Positions 1 to 12,622 of a DNA stretch of 64,000 nucleotides are shown here, piece after piece. The position numbers and the translations under genes are program-made. Source of the DNA: Lytechinus pictus (lineage: Eukaryota); assembly GCF_037042905.1 (NCBI RefSeq), contig NC_087253.1, forward strand, positions 5,270,001 through 5,334,000, given 5' to 3'. Below the pieces are notes generated by a model. The model searched no databases. It saw only the letters and a list, made by a program, of their open reading frames with translations, and had not been told where the DNA came from. Position 1 is the first letter of the stretch. Each line of letters opens with the position of its first letter.

Positions 1-1698
1 TTACTTCTTTTGCAAGCAAACTGAAATGAATCCAATCTCTTTTGAATAAAAAAAGGGATTTTTCTTTGCCATTTTTATTCACGTTTTAATGTGAATTTCC
101 CATTTTCTTTGGTACCATCAGAGCGACTAAAAATTATATAGGTTTTGAGACAGAAAACAATAAAATTTATGAAAAATGGACCTAACCCCTTTTGCAATTG
201 AGCTTTTAATTTTTGTCTTCGTGCTATTATTCTTTTTTCCCCTGTTTTCTTCGTACTTTAACTTATGTCAGTGCATTGGAATGAATGCGAGAGTCCATTT
301 CATAATCCAATTCGACTTGAAATCTACTAACAGTCTAATGCTTACTCATGTTAGCAGGATTGACGTTCACTGTTTTAAACTGTGTTCATAATAATGATTA
401 TAGAGAGATCTATGTCGTGGTGAGCTTTATTATGTAAGTTATCCATCAAAATATGTTTTTCCCCTGCGGTAAAGTGACCCCTTTCAGTTTGGTGTAGGTC
501 ACATAATGGCATTGCATCTGAATGAAAAGTAATGCATCTATGAATAGATTTCATATTCATACAACAGCCCCCCCCCCAAAAAAAAAATGCAGTTAACATG
601 GTTAAGGTGAAAAATGTTTTTTTTTGGGGGGGGCACAAGTTTGTCTTGTTTATCTGTTTATTTTACAATATAATAATGAATTTCGCTACGTCTACTTTAT
701 CAAGCTTTTGGGGGGAATCAAAACTGAAATTATTCGATAATCAACCGGGTAAAAAAAGAAGTCCTATCCCACTATTAAAGCATTTTTCTAAGCACACGCT
801 AAAAGCTTGCCTTTTTACCCCCCCCCCCCCCCTTATTTCGCTCATTCTCTGTATTGTCCTTGAAAAGGGGTTACTAAAAATGAGGTCTTATGCAAAATTA
901 CCTTAGCAAATGTTGAAAATGTGACGAGTAACGTGTTTAATCACTTTAGCAAAACTTTTAAGTGTCAAACTGTATCTCGCCATTTCCTTTCTCTCGGGCT
1001 TTGGCCTATATCTCATCTCATGAAATGATTCGAAAAAAAAACCGTGACTTTCAGGTACATTGCCATGGTGCAAATGGATACTCCACGCGAGGCAGCAGAT
1101 AACTTGGTAATCCGTTTAATCCGGACCGGTTGTTGCGGATAACCCGACCTCAAGGTTCAAGTTGAGGTTTGGGGTTATGCATGGGCTTTGGGAGAACGCA
1201 AAATATAATCGGAAACTTGTGATATTGTGCGACGCGGTATAGAAATGCCAACTTCGACAAATTGACCGGGTATGGCCGGCCCTTAGGATCAGCGAAGAAA
1301 AAGAAGAATCTAAAAGGATGCATTTCAGTTGTAACGATCTCAAAATGCATTCGAACAGAATCTTATGAAAAATAAGATAAGGAATGTGTGTGCAATGATT
1401 CTTAGAGGACATGTGTAATTGTCGAGAAATAAGCAAAATAAACATGGCATTCCAGCTGGATGTGCGGTATTTTCTAAGCAATAATAAAACACTCTCTCGC
1501 ATGTGCTTATCTGCCATGTCTATGTTGGTGATCGTTAGTATGATATGAACCAGATCTACATGTAGATATACGAAATACGGTGACATATTTTAACTTTAAT
1601 GTTAAAGACTTTGTAAATAATTATTTGCTCCACCTGCATTCTTTTAGCTTTCATTATTTCGGACAACAAGTTATTCGTTTGTGGGTCGATAATTTTAA

Positions 1699-2090
1699 AG
1701 GTAACAGACAATAGCTGCAGCAAACAATTATTTCGTGAAAACGTCCTTTAAATAAGGGTTTAATTGTCAAAAACTATCATACATCGAGGTCTGGTATTTT
1801 AATGTAAACTTATCTTTGTAAAATCATGAAATCTTTGCTCAAAATCGATAATTCTGATTATCATTAACTCAGAAAAGCATATATGGGACAGTGTATTAAT
1901 ATTGCTTCGAAAAATACCCGACATTTGATGGAATTCCGTGCTTATTTTGCTAATTTCTCAGCAATTACGTATTTTCTTCCAGAGCTCTTCGGCACATTTT
2001 TTTTTTTTTATTTATACATACAAACACTTGGTAATTAATTGGATTCTGTTCGAACTCATTTAGAGATCGTTACCACAACTGGTATTTGTT
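1699..2090 (+). mobile_element. Degenerate Kolobok-type MITE (family E relative)
   Basis: Follows TTAA at 1695-1698; colinear similarity to 31521-31915 (catcgagg.tctggta, gggacagtgtatt, gtgcttattttgctaatttctcagcaattac, accacaact). Confidence 0.7.
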
Positions 2091-2639
2091 TAGGAGGATA
2101 GTGAGGTATGAGTCCCCTCTTTTGTCTGATTTCATTCAGGAACGGCCTTATAAATTCACAGGGAATTTTCTCTCATCGTCGGAGGACAGTTTCAAGAACA
2201 CAGTAAATGTATTGAAGATGTCCGTCAAAAGCTAATGAACAGCTCTGAGGGCTTTGTCGAAAATTGGTGAGCCGGAACAGAAGTTCCGTCCTACGTTTCG
2301 GAGCGACGAAAAAGTCCAAAATGTGTCTTTTGTCCAGAGTCCAGGACGAAACTGCTGTTTCGATTCACCGTTTTCGACAAAGACTTTTTGGTTGTGCCTT
2401 GTCATGGAGGGCATTTGACAATTTATTTTCTATGTTCTTGAAGCCATCTTGCGTCGTAGAGCGAAAACTCTCGAATTATATACAGGGCCCGTCACAATAA
2501 GGTCGTTAAGGATGATAATAAGTGAGGATTTGTGAGTATTGTCATTTCCGCGATGTTGTTTACAACTTCCCCGGACAACTTCTTGCTATAAAGAAGGAAC
2601 GAAGATTCCCCCTTTTGACACACATCCACATGCAACTTC

Positions 2640-3011
2640 TCTGCAGAAATATCGGTGTTATTTTAACTCCAGCTCGGTATTAGTCTGCTATGCAGACTCT
2701 GAATGGCTCGTGAAGTGGGATCTGCAGCTGGTTTGCGAAGGGCGAGCGAAGCGAGCCATTTCAGATCTGCAGACTCTAGTAGACCTAGTCTGCTATGCAG
2801 ACTCCTTGAATCAGCTGTGATACACACACTGCAGATGTGGGTCTACAGTTGTAGACTAGCTCGGTATAGGCATTTGAACAACACTAATCAGTGTTAAACA
2901 AATGTCGGTTTGATTCTTAACTGGTGTGTTGTTTCAACACTTCCCTGGTGTTTTACGATATAGATACCGGGCTAATGTTAAATCAACACCGGATTTTTTT
3001 TTTCAATATGT
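2640..3011. mobile_element. CACTA/EnSpm-like non-autonomous element with ACACC/GGTGT sub-terminal repeats, interrupted by 2681-2858
   Basis: Similar to 40976-41218 (ggtgtt...aacacc arms, ttaaatcaacaccgg end). Confidence 0.55.
2681..2858. mobile_element. TAG...CTA element with 9-bp TSD (AcademH-like non-autonomous), dimeric structure
   Basis: Termini tagtctgc.../...gtagacta; exact TSD gctcggtat at 2672-2680 and 2859-2867; internal repeat of tagtctgctatgcagactc at 2786. Confidence 0.7.
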
Positions 3012-3376
3012 AGACACTCACCCACTCTCATTCCTGTCCACCCTAGGGAGTTGTGTATCGTGTTGACATTCTCCATTCTGCTCTGGTAAATATCACTATG
3101 GCCGAGAAAAGATGGATATTTCCCAGCGGGGAACATTTGTAATTAAGCTATATTATGGCATCGCATTTTAAAATCCTGTCTGAAAGCTTTGGTAGACGGT
3201 CACGAATGTGAATTATTCTCCAGTATCATCTAACGTCCCAATATTACACCAGTGTGGTGGTCATTGTTTTTTGTGTTTTTTGTGACACTTCAAATTTGGA
3301 CTTATTACGTATTTCACGCCCTCTCTCGGCAATGTTTCAATTTTATTTATAAAGAGAGGTCTCTTTGAGCACTTAA

Positions 3377-3950
3377 AGGAGAATGAAACCTTTGGAACAA
3401 GATAGCTTGTGTGAAAACAGAAAAATCAAAGAAACAGATCAAGGAAAGTTTGAGAAAAATCGGACAAATAATGAACATTTGAATATTGCGATCACTAATG
3501 CTATGGAGATCCTCAAATTGGCAATGCGACAAAGATGTGTGATGTCACTTGTGAACAACTCTCCCCATTACTTGAGTATATATTTCACTTAAATTGCCTC
3601 TTTTATCACATCTATCAGTAGATCATGTGTTCTTTCTACAGGAGGGCATATAATACAGATTTTTAGAGAATACATCATGGATAAAGAGTTTGTATCACCA
3701 TAAGAAAAAACAAAAAGAGACATTTTGAGGGTATTTTATAGTCCATCAAAAGGAAAGTTGTTCACATGTGACATCACACATCCTTGTCGCATTGCCAATG
3801 GGAGGATCTCCATAGCATTAGTGATTGCAATATTCAAATGCTTATAACTTTCTCATTATTTGTCCGATTTTTCTCAAACTTTCTTTTTTCTTATTCTTTG
3901 ATTTTTCTGTTTCGACAAAAGCCTACTTATTCCAAAGGTTTCATTCCCCT
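3377..3950. mobile_element. Kolobok-type MITE family C (long TIRs)
   Basis: TTAA at 3373-3376 and 3951-3954; TIR aggagaatgaaacc/ggtttcattcccct; related copy at 46649-47232. Confidence 0.85.
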
Positions 3951-4362
3951 TTAATGTTTCTTTCAAGTAATTAGATGGGCGAAAAGTATAAATATTATGT
4001 CCTGTAATCATCACTTTGTGCTTTTGATGAGCTTTTAAGGTGTGTATGAAATGAGAAAAAGACGCAGATATTCTATTCTGATTGGGCACCCGAACAAAAT
4101 AAATATTCATTATAAAGTTGCAAAATTCATTCTGTAAAATAAATTGTATTATTATATTTTTTCTATCAGTCCATCATTATGCCACTGATCGTTTCTACAT
4201 CATGAATTCATCAGATTCGGCCTTTAAAATACAAAATTATAAAATGATATTAATAACAATTGAAAATACCCCTCATTCATTCTCTTAATGTGCATCCAAG
4301 TCTAATTTCATCTTCGAGATGCAGATCCCTTTGAAGATACAGCAGATGATGATGATGATGAT

Positions 4363-6208
4363 TCAAAGAATGCAAAACGTACTTATTACACCAATTTACT
4401 ATATGAAAACCGATGTAACAAGAGTAAGACATGGGAAATCATTAATGAATTATTGGTTGGAAAGAAAAAAATTCAAGGGTTGTTGAAGTAGACAGGCTTA
4501 TCAAAAAGGTCAATGGAGACAATAACCTCATTACATCTATAAATGATATTGTCAATGAATTCAATAACTACTTTGTAAATATTGGTCCGAATCTAGCAGA
4601 TACTTTGCCAAATGAAAATGTGTCACATTGACGTTACTTAGGGGCAAGAGTTAACAATTCTTTATTTTGGAAACCTGTGACTGAGGATGAGGTTTTTAAT
4701 CATCTTGTAACTCTAGATGAAAAGATAGCTTGTGGTCATGATAATTTACCAGCACGATTGTTAAGAGATAGTGCTGTTTACATTTCAGGTGTCCTGGCAT
4801 ATATCTTTAATTTATCTTTAGAATGTGGGAGGGTACCAGATGAAATGAAAATAGCAAAAGTTACGCCTATCCACAAAAAGGAACCAAAAGATGAACCTGG
4901 AAACTATAGACCAATATCTGTTTTAGCAGTGCTCGGAAAGGTTTTCGAAAAAGTAGCAAACGGGCGATTAGTACAGTTTTTAGAAACAAACAATGCTTTT
5001 TACCACCACCAGTATGGTTTCCGTAAGAAGTACAGTACTAAGTTGTCATTAATAAATTTGTCCAACACTCTCTTAAAAGCAATTGATGAGAGTAAAGCTA
5101 CACTTGGGATATTCATTGACTTCAAAAAAGCATTTGATACGATCAATCATAATGTCTTAATCAACAAACTCTCTCACTATGGAATACGCGGTCTCCCGCT
5201 TAAATGGTTCGAAGACTATCTTAGAGGAAGATATCAGTTTGTTCAATATGAAGAGACAGTCTCTAAGAAAATGGAAATCACATGCGGTGTTCCTCAAGGT
5301 TCGGTTCTAGGACCTACATTATTTTTACTGTATATAAACGATCTACCATCTGTTTCTAATTATTTCAATTTCAGATTATTTGCAGACGATTCTAATCTAT
5401 GTCATACCTTCCCAGCTGGACAAGATGAAATTGATGTAAATGAAGTCAATATTAACATAAATAAAATACAAGAATGGTGTGTTGCAAACAAGCTTACTAT
5501 CAACTCTATGAAAACGAAATTCATGTTGATTGGTAGCAGAAGGAAAAATATTAGACTAGCTGGTAAATTGGAAATAGCCGGAGAGGAGATTGAAGAGGTT
5601 AATGAAGCAACTTTTGTAGGTATAACAATAGATAAACATCTAACTTGGAAGAACCATATTAGAATAGTTAATTCATGTATACGTAAAAGAGTAGGAATTA
5701 TATTTCGGTTGCGACATTTTGTACCAAAATATACATTAGTATTATTATACAAGGCATTCATAGAGCCACACATAACTTATGGAATCGAGGTTTGGGGGAG
5801 TACTTACAAGAGTAGCTTAAATTGTATATTTTACACCCAAAAAATGGCAGTACGTGCCATCGCATTCAGTGATTGGCGAGCTCATACACGTGTATTATTT
5901 CAGAATTTAAAGATGCTAAATGTATTTGAAATGCACAATTTATCTATATGTACCTTCATGTATGACCTGGGTAATAATAACTTACCTCACTCTTTAGTAG
6001 ATTATTGCGATGTAATAGAGCATAGATACCCAACAAGACAAAAAGAAGGTCGACAAGTACATTTACCAAAATTACGGACTACTCAAGGACAATTCTCTCT
6101 ATCTTTTTAGGAAGTGATTACTGGAATAATGTACCATTAGCCATCAAACTAAAAGTATCCAGAAACGATTTCAGGAATTCATTACAAAATCATTTATTAA
6201 ATCAATAA
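4363..6208 (+). pseudogene. Disabled LINE ORF2 (reverse transcriptase); the supplied ORF 4677-6110 is its longest open piece
   Basis: Upstream piece KNAKRTYYTNLL...KTWEIINELL; frameshift in the A-run near 4470; in-frame TGA at 4629-4631; frameshift near 6105 followed by LGSDYWNNVPLAIK...LQNHLLNQ*, ending at 6208. Confidence 0.88.
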
Positions 6209-6524
6209 CTTATCATATTGCTCTGTATATAACATAAAATGTTACACTCATATTTTTTTTTTTTTTTGTAGTTGTTGTTTTTGTTGTGTTTAAAAAAAAA
6301 ACATACTTTAAAGTTCAATATTCGCCTATATTACTAATATGTGTAGGGGCCAGGCTCGACTAGCACTTGTGCTATTTTCTGGTCCCTTTTATCAGCTCTT
6401 AACATATACATGTATGTTTCATTTCTGTAATATTTATATGCATGACATAATAATGTAATATGTAAACATCTGTAAATATGTTGTTATCGTTGGTGAATAA
6501 AATCAAATCAAATCAAATCAAATC
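4363..6524 (+). mobile_element. 5'-truncated non-LTR retrotransposon, Crack-like (L2/CR1 group)
   Basis: RT motifs NYRPISVL, QYGFR, FIDFKKAFD, GVPQGSVLGP, FADD. The 3' UTR has a stem-loop at 6346-6388, AATAAA at 6496 and an (AATCA)n tail at 6501-6524. No endonuclease domain is present. Confidence 0.93.
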
Positions 6525-6560
6525 AAAATGATATTCCAATTAAAAGAAATAAAACAGAAA

Positions 6561-6685
6561 TTCATATTCAAATTTTATTTCCACAGTTGAAAATATACAT
6601 TATACAAATCATTGACAATAAGAGATATATTACATGTGGAGGGGTCAAAGAAAACACAACTGCTTGTATAATTTGGCCCCATGAT
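6561..6685 (-). mobile_element. 3' tail of a second Crack/CR1-type retroelement, tail-to-tail with the large LINE
   Basis: The minus strand reads ggggccaaattatacaagcagttgtgttttctttgacccctccac...aaataaaatttgaatatgaa, the same stem-loop plus tail layout as 6346-6524. Confidence 0.6.
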
Positions 6686-6825
6686 AATGATTTTGATGAT
6701 GATGATGATGATGAATAACCAGTTCTTGTATAGTACAAAGAAAGTCACTGTGTCCCTACATGTACGTGAAACAACAGAGTTCAGTACAAATTAAGAAATA
6801 AGTAGAATTCTAATCTTAGTATTTC

Positions 6826-6912
6826 CGGGTATCACCATGTCTTACCCGCTGGGGGATTGAATCAATGACCTCCTGCAGAAGAGGCAGACGCTTTATCAAC
6901 TGGCCTGCATCC
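6826..6912 (-). mobile_element. Degenerate tRNA-derived SINE head
   Basis: Minus strand has an A-box-like ggccagttgataaagcg and a B-box-like gattcaatccc at tRNA spacing. Confidence 0.55.
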
Positions 6913-7499
6913 TGTTGATGTATCCCGAACTCTGTTATGTACCACCAAGTTTGTGTTTCAATCCCATATTTAACAGGGATTTTTAGGGCATCAATCAAGC
7001 ATGCGATAGCGCATCGCCTGGATCCGCTTACATGCGCAGTAATGATATACGTCCTCTTCATGCCGCGGTCACACCAAGAGAACCGGTACCAGCCCGATCA
7101 AAGGTAATACGCCATCTCGAATGGCCTACCATTGTTTGGTTTGGACCCGATCGGAATGATGTGACTGTACCTTCACCTATTGTGTTTACGCCTTGGACAA
7201 TGTAAACGTAATCAATAGATGATGGGATTATGGGAAAGGCGAGATCAGTCCGATTTATGATAGCGCCTGTAACCATGGCAACGGGATGAATTATTGTTTG
7301 CTCACGTCTAAATGGTGTCCATATCATTAGTGATATATTGCTGCATATTTAATTGCATCCAAGACTGTCAAACAATACTTCATTGTACACCATGATAAAT
7401 TTGCTTGCATTATAATAAAAATACTGATAAAAATAATAATAGTAATAATAATAACAATGATGATCATAATAATAACACTAATAATAAGATAAGAATAGT

Positions 7500-7926
7500 G
7501 ATACCAAAAGCAGGATTTACATAGCATTTTCAAGAGGATACAAAGCGCAACTTATTACCCCGGCTTTAGTTCGAGCTACCTCTTTATCAGGGGCGCTCAG
7601 CGCATTCAAGGAATTAATCCTACCAGGTGGGTGTTTCATAAAGCTGTCCGTAAGTTAAGAGCGACTTTAAGAACGACTGGTGATCCTTTCTTGTGGTAAA
7701 TGATATATTCATTGGCGATAGTTAAGCGCGTGATAAAGGATCACCAGTCGTTCTTAAAGTCGCTCTTAACTTACGAACAGCTTTATGAAACGGCCCCCTG
7801 GTCATCATTAACCTCACCAGGATCGGGTGCAGCACAGTGGATAAATTTCTTGCTGATGGAAAACACTGTGTTGCTGGGATTCGAACCCCAATGACCCTCC
7901 AGAATCACCGAACCATGACGCGCCCA
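7500..7926 (-). mobile_element. tRNA-derived SINE (CORE-like central domain) interrupted by a MITE
   Basis: B-box gggattcgaaccc (reverse) near 7877; colinear with 26240-26476; (AAT)n tail at 7410-7490. Confidence 0.75.
7627..7797. mobile_element. PIF/Harbinger-type MITE family A (about 60-bp TIR)
   Basis: gtttcataaagctg...gatcct and its inverse aggatc...cagctttatgaaac; CWG flanks (cag/ctg); second copy at 9579-9761. Confidence 0.85.
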
Positions 7927-8004
7927 TGTAAAATTCGTTGTTTTATACATGTTAAATATGTATTATTTGCCAGATGATCAGTCATTCTTATACAATTTAC
8001 ACTA

Positions 8005-8213
8005 GGGCAATTCCATAAAATGATCAACCGCTTTGTACGTCCGACCCCCATTTTTCTCAAGGCTTACTTCACTTCATAAACATGATAAACTGACCAAGTC
8101 ATGGTCCTTTGAGATCATTAGTACAGACTGTCAAAAGAGCAAGAAATCAGAACCAGAAATGTTCATGAAGGTCACACATTATTCTCGGATGTGCATATTT
8201 TATGGAATTGCCC
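8005..8213. mobile_element. MITE with gggcaattccataaaat TIR
   Basis: 17-bp perfect TIR; colinear second copy at 62012-62224. Confidence 0.85.
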
Positions 8214-9121
8214 AGTAGGGAAAGGTAGGCACACACCCTTATGGTAATGCAGAGTGGTAGACCTCGAAACATCGTACAGAATTCACAGGGATTTCCTCTA
8301 CATGAATATCTTCGATATCAATGGTGTCACAAGAAATCTAGTTTCAATATTTAAAAAGTATAATGTTCATGTAGCAGTACCTGGAATAAGAATACATTCA
8401 CTCCCTTCCGATAGAAGGCGATCTCCCAATGCAAAATTGCTTATTTGGTCTCCGATCACACTCCCTTACTAGTTAGTGTCGGATTAGGGCGATCACGTTC
8501 CCCTTTTCCAGTGAGATTTACATATTTTAAGAGTGGATTTTTACCTCATATGGAGTGAAAATGTCTAAAACGATGTCCAGTTCACTCCAGAAGGAGCTGT
8601 AATGCACTCTCAGGATGAACAGTTCACTTCAAACATGTCAAAGGGATACGTCTCTAGTATCACTCCAATAGAGGAGTGTCATAAGGGACTATAGTTTAGC
8701 TCTTTTGCAAATAGAGAGTTCTTTCTCCATACCTGTAAAATAAGTTTGTGGGACTACACTAAATGTCCTCGGTCCCCTTCCATTTCCCTCTCCCCCCTTC
8801 CCTTTCGGTATCCTAACGCTTTCCCTCTCTGTCAAAAAATATTATTCAATGTCAATCGCGCGTGAGTATGGTCATGACAACCCGACTCACTCTCCGATCA
8901 CGCTTGTCGCTTTTAGTACATGCATGAGAGCTCGCTCGCGATATGATTTAATTAATCAAATTCCCCATCACACCGAGATACAATTAGTGAGAGCTAGAGA
9001 TTCACACTGCAGAAATACGCAGAATTTAATTTTCCCGTAGATGTACATGAACTGTACTTCGATTCCCGACCGTTTCTCCAGAAAATGGTACCCCATGGCA
9101 AGAAATTTCGGCGTTATTCAA

Positions 9122-9926
9122 AGGCTGGAGAAGTCTACCCCAACAAAAAGGTGATTTGAATAAAAGGGGAAAATTAAACAAGCATAACACTGAAGAAGAA
9201 AAAATCATCAACATCGGATGTGATTTATTGTAATAGAAGATAGTTTATAAGACTCTTTATATTTACGCGTACTTTTCACAAAACAGTTATATCAACAACA
9301 CCATTATATGCAAATGAGGTGGTCGGTGTTGTCACTCCCTATTTCATTTGTATTGTATGAATTTTAGTATATTTCACATTTGGCAGATTTGACAATAAGG
9401 CGACTCTTTATCAAAAGACAAAATGTTACAAAAGTGGATTTTCCAAAATGATGTTCCGGAAGGAATCGAAGTTTGTTTCAAATTATGATGGGTAGAAAAT
9501 TGAAATATTTCATATTTGATATAGTAAACTACACAAGAATAATGACTGACGCCATTGGTACTATCAGTGGCATACCAGGTGGGTGTTTCATAAAGCTGTT
9601 CGTAAGTTAAGAGCGACTTTAAGAACGACTGGTGATCTTTTCTTACGCGCTAAATATTTACCAAAGAACATTAAATGGTGAATATCATTTACCACAAGAG
9701 AGGATCACCAGTCGTTCTTAAAGTCGCTCTTAACTTACGAACGGCTTTATGAAACGGCCCCCAGACATGACATCCATACAACTGTTTTGTGAAATCAGCC
9801 TAAACATTAAAACGTTATAACTGGATTATTTACATCCAAGTTTGATAAAATATTTTCAGCGTTAAGCTTGTTTCCGTTTAGAGTTTTTATTAAAATCAAT
9901 CTAATTGGGGCTGGGATTTCCCTCTT
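9122..9926. mobile_element. Old Kolobok-type family D copy carrying a nested MITE
   Basis: Colinear similarity to 14299-14903 (gatttgaataaa, agcataacactgaa, ttcacaaaacag, atgcaaatgag, gacaataagg). Confidence 0.7.
9579..9761. mobile_element. PIF/Harbinger-type MITE family A
   Basis: Same TIRs as 7627-7797; exact CAG TSD at 9576-9578 and 9762-9764. Confidence 0.88.
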
Positions 9927-11555
9927 ATTGAAATCTTGTCATATCAAGAATTACAATTTGTAAAATTGTAATGTATTTATTTTCCGTCAATTAAAAATAA
10001 TAACAATGATATACAATAACAAAGAAATGATCAGTAAAAAGATGGAGGGATTGCCTTACTCAGCGTTGATAACATATCAACGCTGTTTTACAGACATGGT
10101 AGAGGGGTCCCTGGCATAGACATGATAGATATACATGTAAATATAGAAAACAGGAAAGGGAAAAAACTGAGTTGACTTACGGTAAAGCCATTCACAAAAT
10201 GTGAAATAATTAAGGAGAAACATATTTACAATACAAACACAATTTTAATCTGCGATATTTTATTTTTATCATAGCTCTAATTTTAGTGGTATCAGGCATG
10301 TCAGAGATTGGAATCGTGATCATGGTGATGTCAGACAATATATGGGAAAATTGGCTTTCCAGATTTATGGAATGGGGAGCCGAATAAATCTATAGATTTC
10401 AAACGCGCTCTTTTTGTCAGTGTGTGTCTATTATCAATGATGCCCTTAATTGAGAGTGTTTGCTTTGAGAAATGTCGGCATCCATTAATGCTAAAGCATT
10501 TGATCGAATTCAATTTAATTTTAACTATTAAGCGTAAAATCAGATACCTTCATATGAAACAAGTCGAGACGACAAGAAAAAAAGATAGGGGTGGGGGGTT
10601 CTCTCCTTTTTAATCATTTATTCAACTTTATATTACTTTTGTGTTTGTTCATTTGCAAATAATTGGGTGTTGGTGATGTATAAGTTACTATAAACTGTTT
10701 TTCAAGTAAACGGAGTCAAACATTTTGAGTGGATTATACTTTTAAAAGATTATGATCAGCAGCATAAAGATGTTATTAATGAGATTGATATTTATAAGGG
10801 GAACATGTTGTCAAAAAATGGAACAACTTATTCGGGGAGAGATGGCCTTATTTGTTTAAATTTTGTAACAAAACTTTAGGTACCTACAACACCATTTCCT
10901 AATTTCAATTTCACATCCATCCCATGTTTTGGTATTTTTACCGAAATTCTCCAACTAAAAGCTGCACGTAATCGGTGGGTGACCCCATACATGTCGTATG
11001 CATTATGGGTTCGAAGGAAGTTCAACGTTATCATTAGCTGTGTGTATAAACACAATGCAAAACGCAACGCAGCATCACAATTTGTTAGAGAATAAAACCT
11101 GATTGAAAAGGGCGGAAATTAAAGCTTCTCTGAGCGAGATCATTTCGGGAAATTCAGTTACCCACCAACAACCGTGGTGATTTATTGAGATGTATGTTGC
11201 TATATGTTTACCGGTTACCGCTACAGCTCCGACCTAGTGAGATTTATGACCTGTAATTTAAACTGTTTTGCGAGGTTTCGATGCACGGTTGTCATGGAGG
11301 TTGCAAACTGAAGAGGATGAGGGGGGGGGGGGGTGAAGGAGTCATAAGAGTCGCCAACAACCTTCTCCTTTGCATCATTTTAATTCTTATACCCCCATTC
11401 CCGCCTTGTACATGTTGTACCACCTATTTTCGGGGGGGGGGGTGGCTCTGATTTTTATCTTTATTTATATTTTTTTGGGGGATGGGATGGGTCGGGTTAG
11501 GGTACGTGAGAGACGCGGAGATGCTTCTGTTTTTGTTCTATATTTTGTGGCCATG

Positions 11556-11945
11556 CAATTCAATTCAATTCAATTCAAAAGTTTATTGATATAAAATCCT
11601 GACATTTAAGGATCATCATCAAAAACAAAGAAACATAAGAAAAAAATAATAATACAACATAAACATAACATAGTAACAACGAGGTATCCAAATAAAAAAA
11701 AATACAAAGAAAAAAAAACAGAAGAAAAATACCAATCTTGGATGAAATGTTAGATACGAGATACATAAATGCATACAATATACATACACATACATAATAT
11801 ACCTAAACATTAATGCACCCATATACAAATACATAAGTATAATATCATATTTTTCTTTCAAGCATCCTAAGTCTCTCCTCGTACATATAACGTATTCCTA
11901 TAACACATAATTTGCTAATATCCATGTCATTGCTACCTAATATTT
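11556..11945 (-). mobile_element. 3' remnant of a non-LTR retrotransposon
   Basis: (GAATT)n tail and AATAAA on the minus strand at 11556-11587; C-terminal-like peptide ILGSNDMDISKLCVIGIRYMYEERLRMLERKI* on the minus strand. Confidence 0.6.
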
Positions 11946-12187
11946 ATTGGAATTTGTTTTTGTTAGTTATTTTCATAAAAAAATGCATGTCTTCTCGGTT
12001 ATCAGGTTGGATGGGGCAGCTGCCTATTCGCCCCCCCCCCCGCCCCTCCTCATTTCCCTTCTTTGTTCTGCTTTTGTGCAAATCTTGCACATAATATATG
12101 GAAATATTTCTACAATTGACGAAAAGACTAATAATTGGATAACCCTATTCACTTTCCATCAACCCCTCTCTATCGTTTCCTACCCTA

Positions 12188-12622
12188 CTCTGTATATGCA
12201 AAGGAGCTAATCTGGTCCCTAATCACGCCCCTCTTAGGTTGAGATGAGGGACCAGTCGAGATGGAGTGAGATTTCCGTCTTCCAAGAGTGAGTTTTCACC
12301 GTTTTAGGAGTGAAAGTGTGCATCTGTTATTCACTTTCACTCCAAAAGAGGTGAAAATTCACTCTTGAAAGACGGTAATCTCACTCTATCAGGACTGATA
12401 CCTCATCTCACTCTGAGAGGAGCGTGATTATGGACCAGGGCGCCGTAAGCACAAAGGTTAGCGACTAATCCTTAAATGAAATGACCAATCAAGATCATCG
12501 TTGCATGCGCATTTTGCTAAGTAGACTGACTATGAACCAATCAGAACTATTCTTTGAAATTAGCGATCAATCGCTAACCTTTGTGTTACGGGACCCAGAT
12601 TAGCCCCTTTGCATTTACAGAG
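12188..12622. mobile_element. TA-flanked CACTA-like palindromic MITE (ctctgta...tacagag)
   Basis: Long inverted arms ctctgtatatgcaaaggagctaatctggtcc / ggaccag[insert]attagcccctttgcatttacagag; TA on both sides; degenerate relative at about 8500-8720. Confidence 0.8.
12439..12595. mobile_element. PIF/Harbinger-type MITE nested in the TIR of the host element
   Basis: CAG TSD at 12436-12438 and 12596-12598; TIR ...acaaaggttagcga/tcgctaacctttgt; inverted copy at 63825-63980. Confidence 0.88.

Noticed and set aside
1-200. Possible DNA transposon end at the window start
   Set aside because: Only one end is visible, so neither TIR nor TSD can be verified.
4677-6110. 477-aa RT ORF as an intact gene or a novel RT system
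   Set aside because: It is the middle of a truncated LINE ORF2, bounded by a nonsense codon and a frameshift, with a standard LINE tail.
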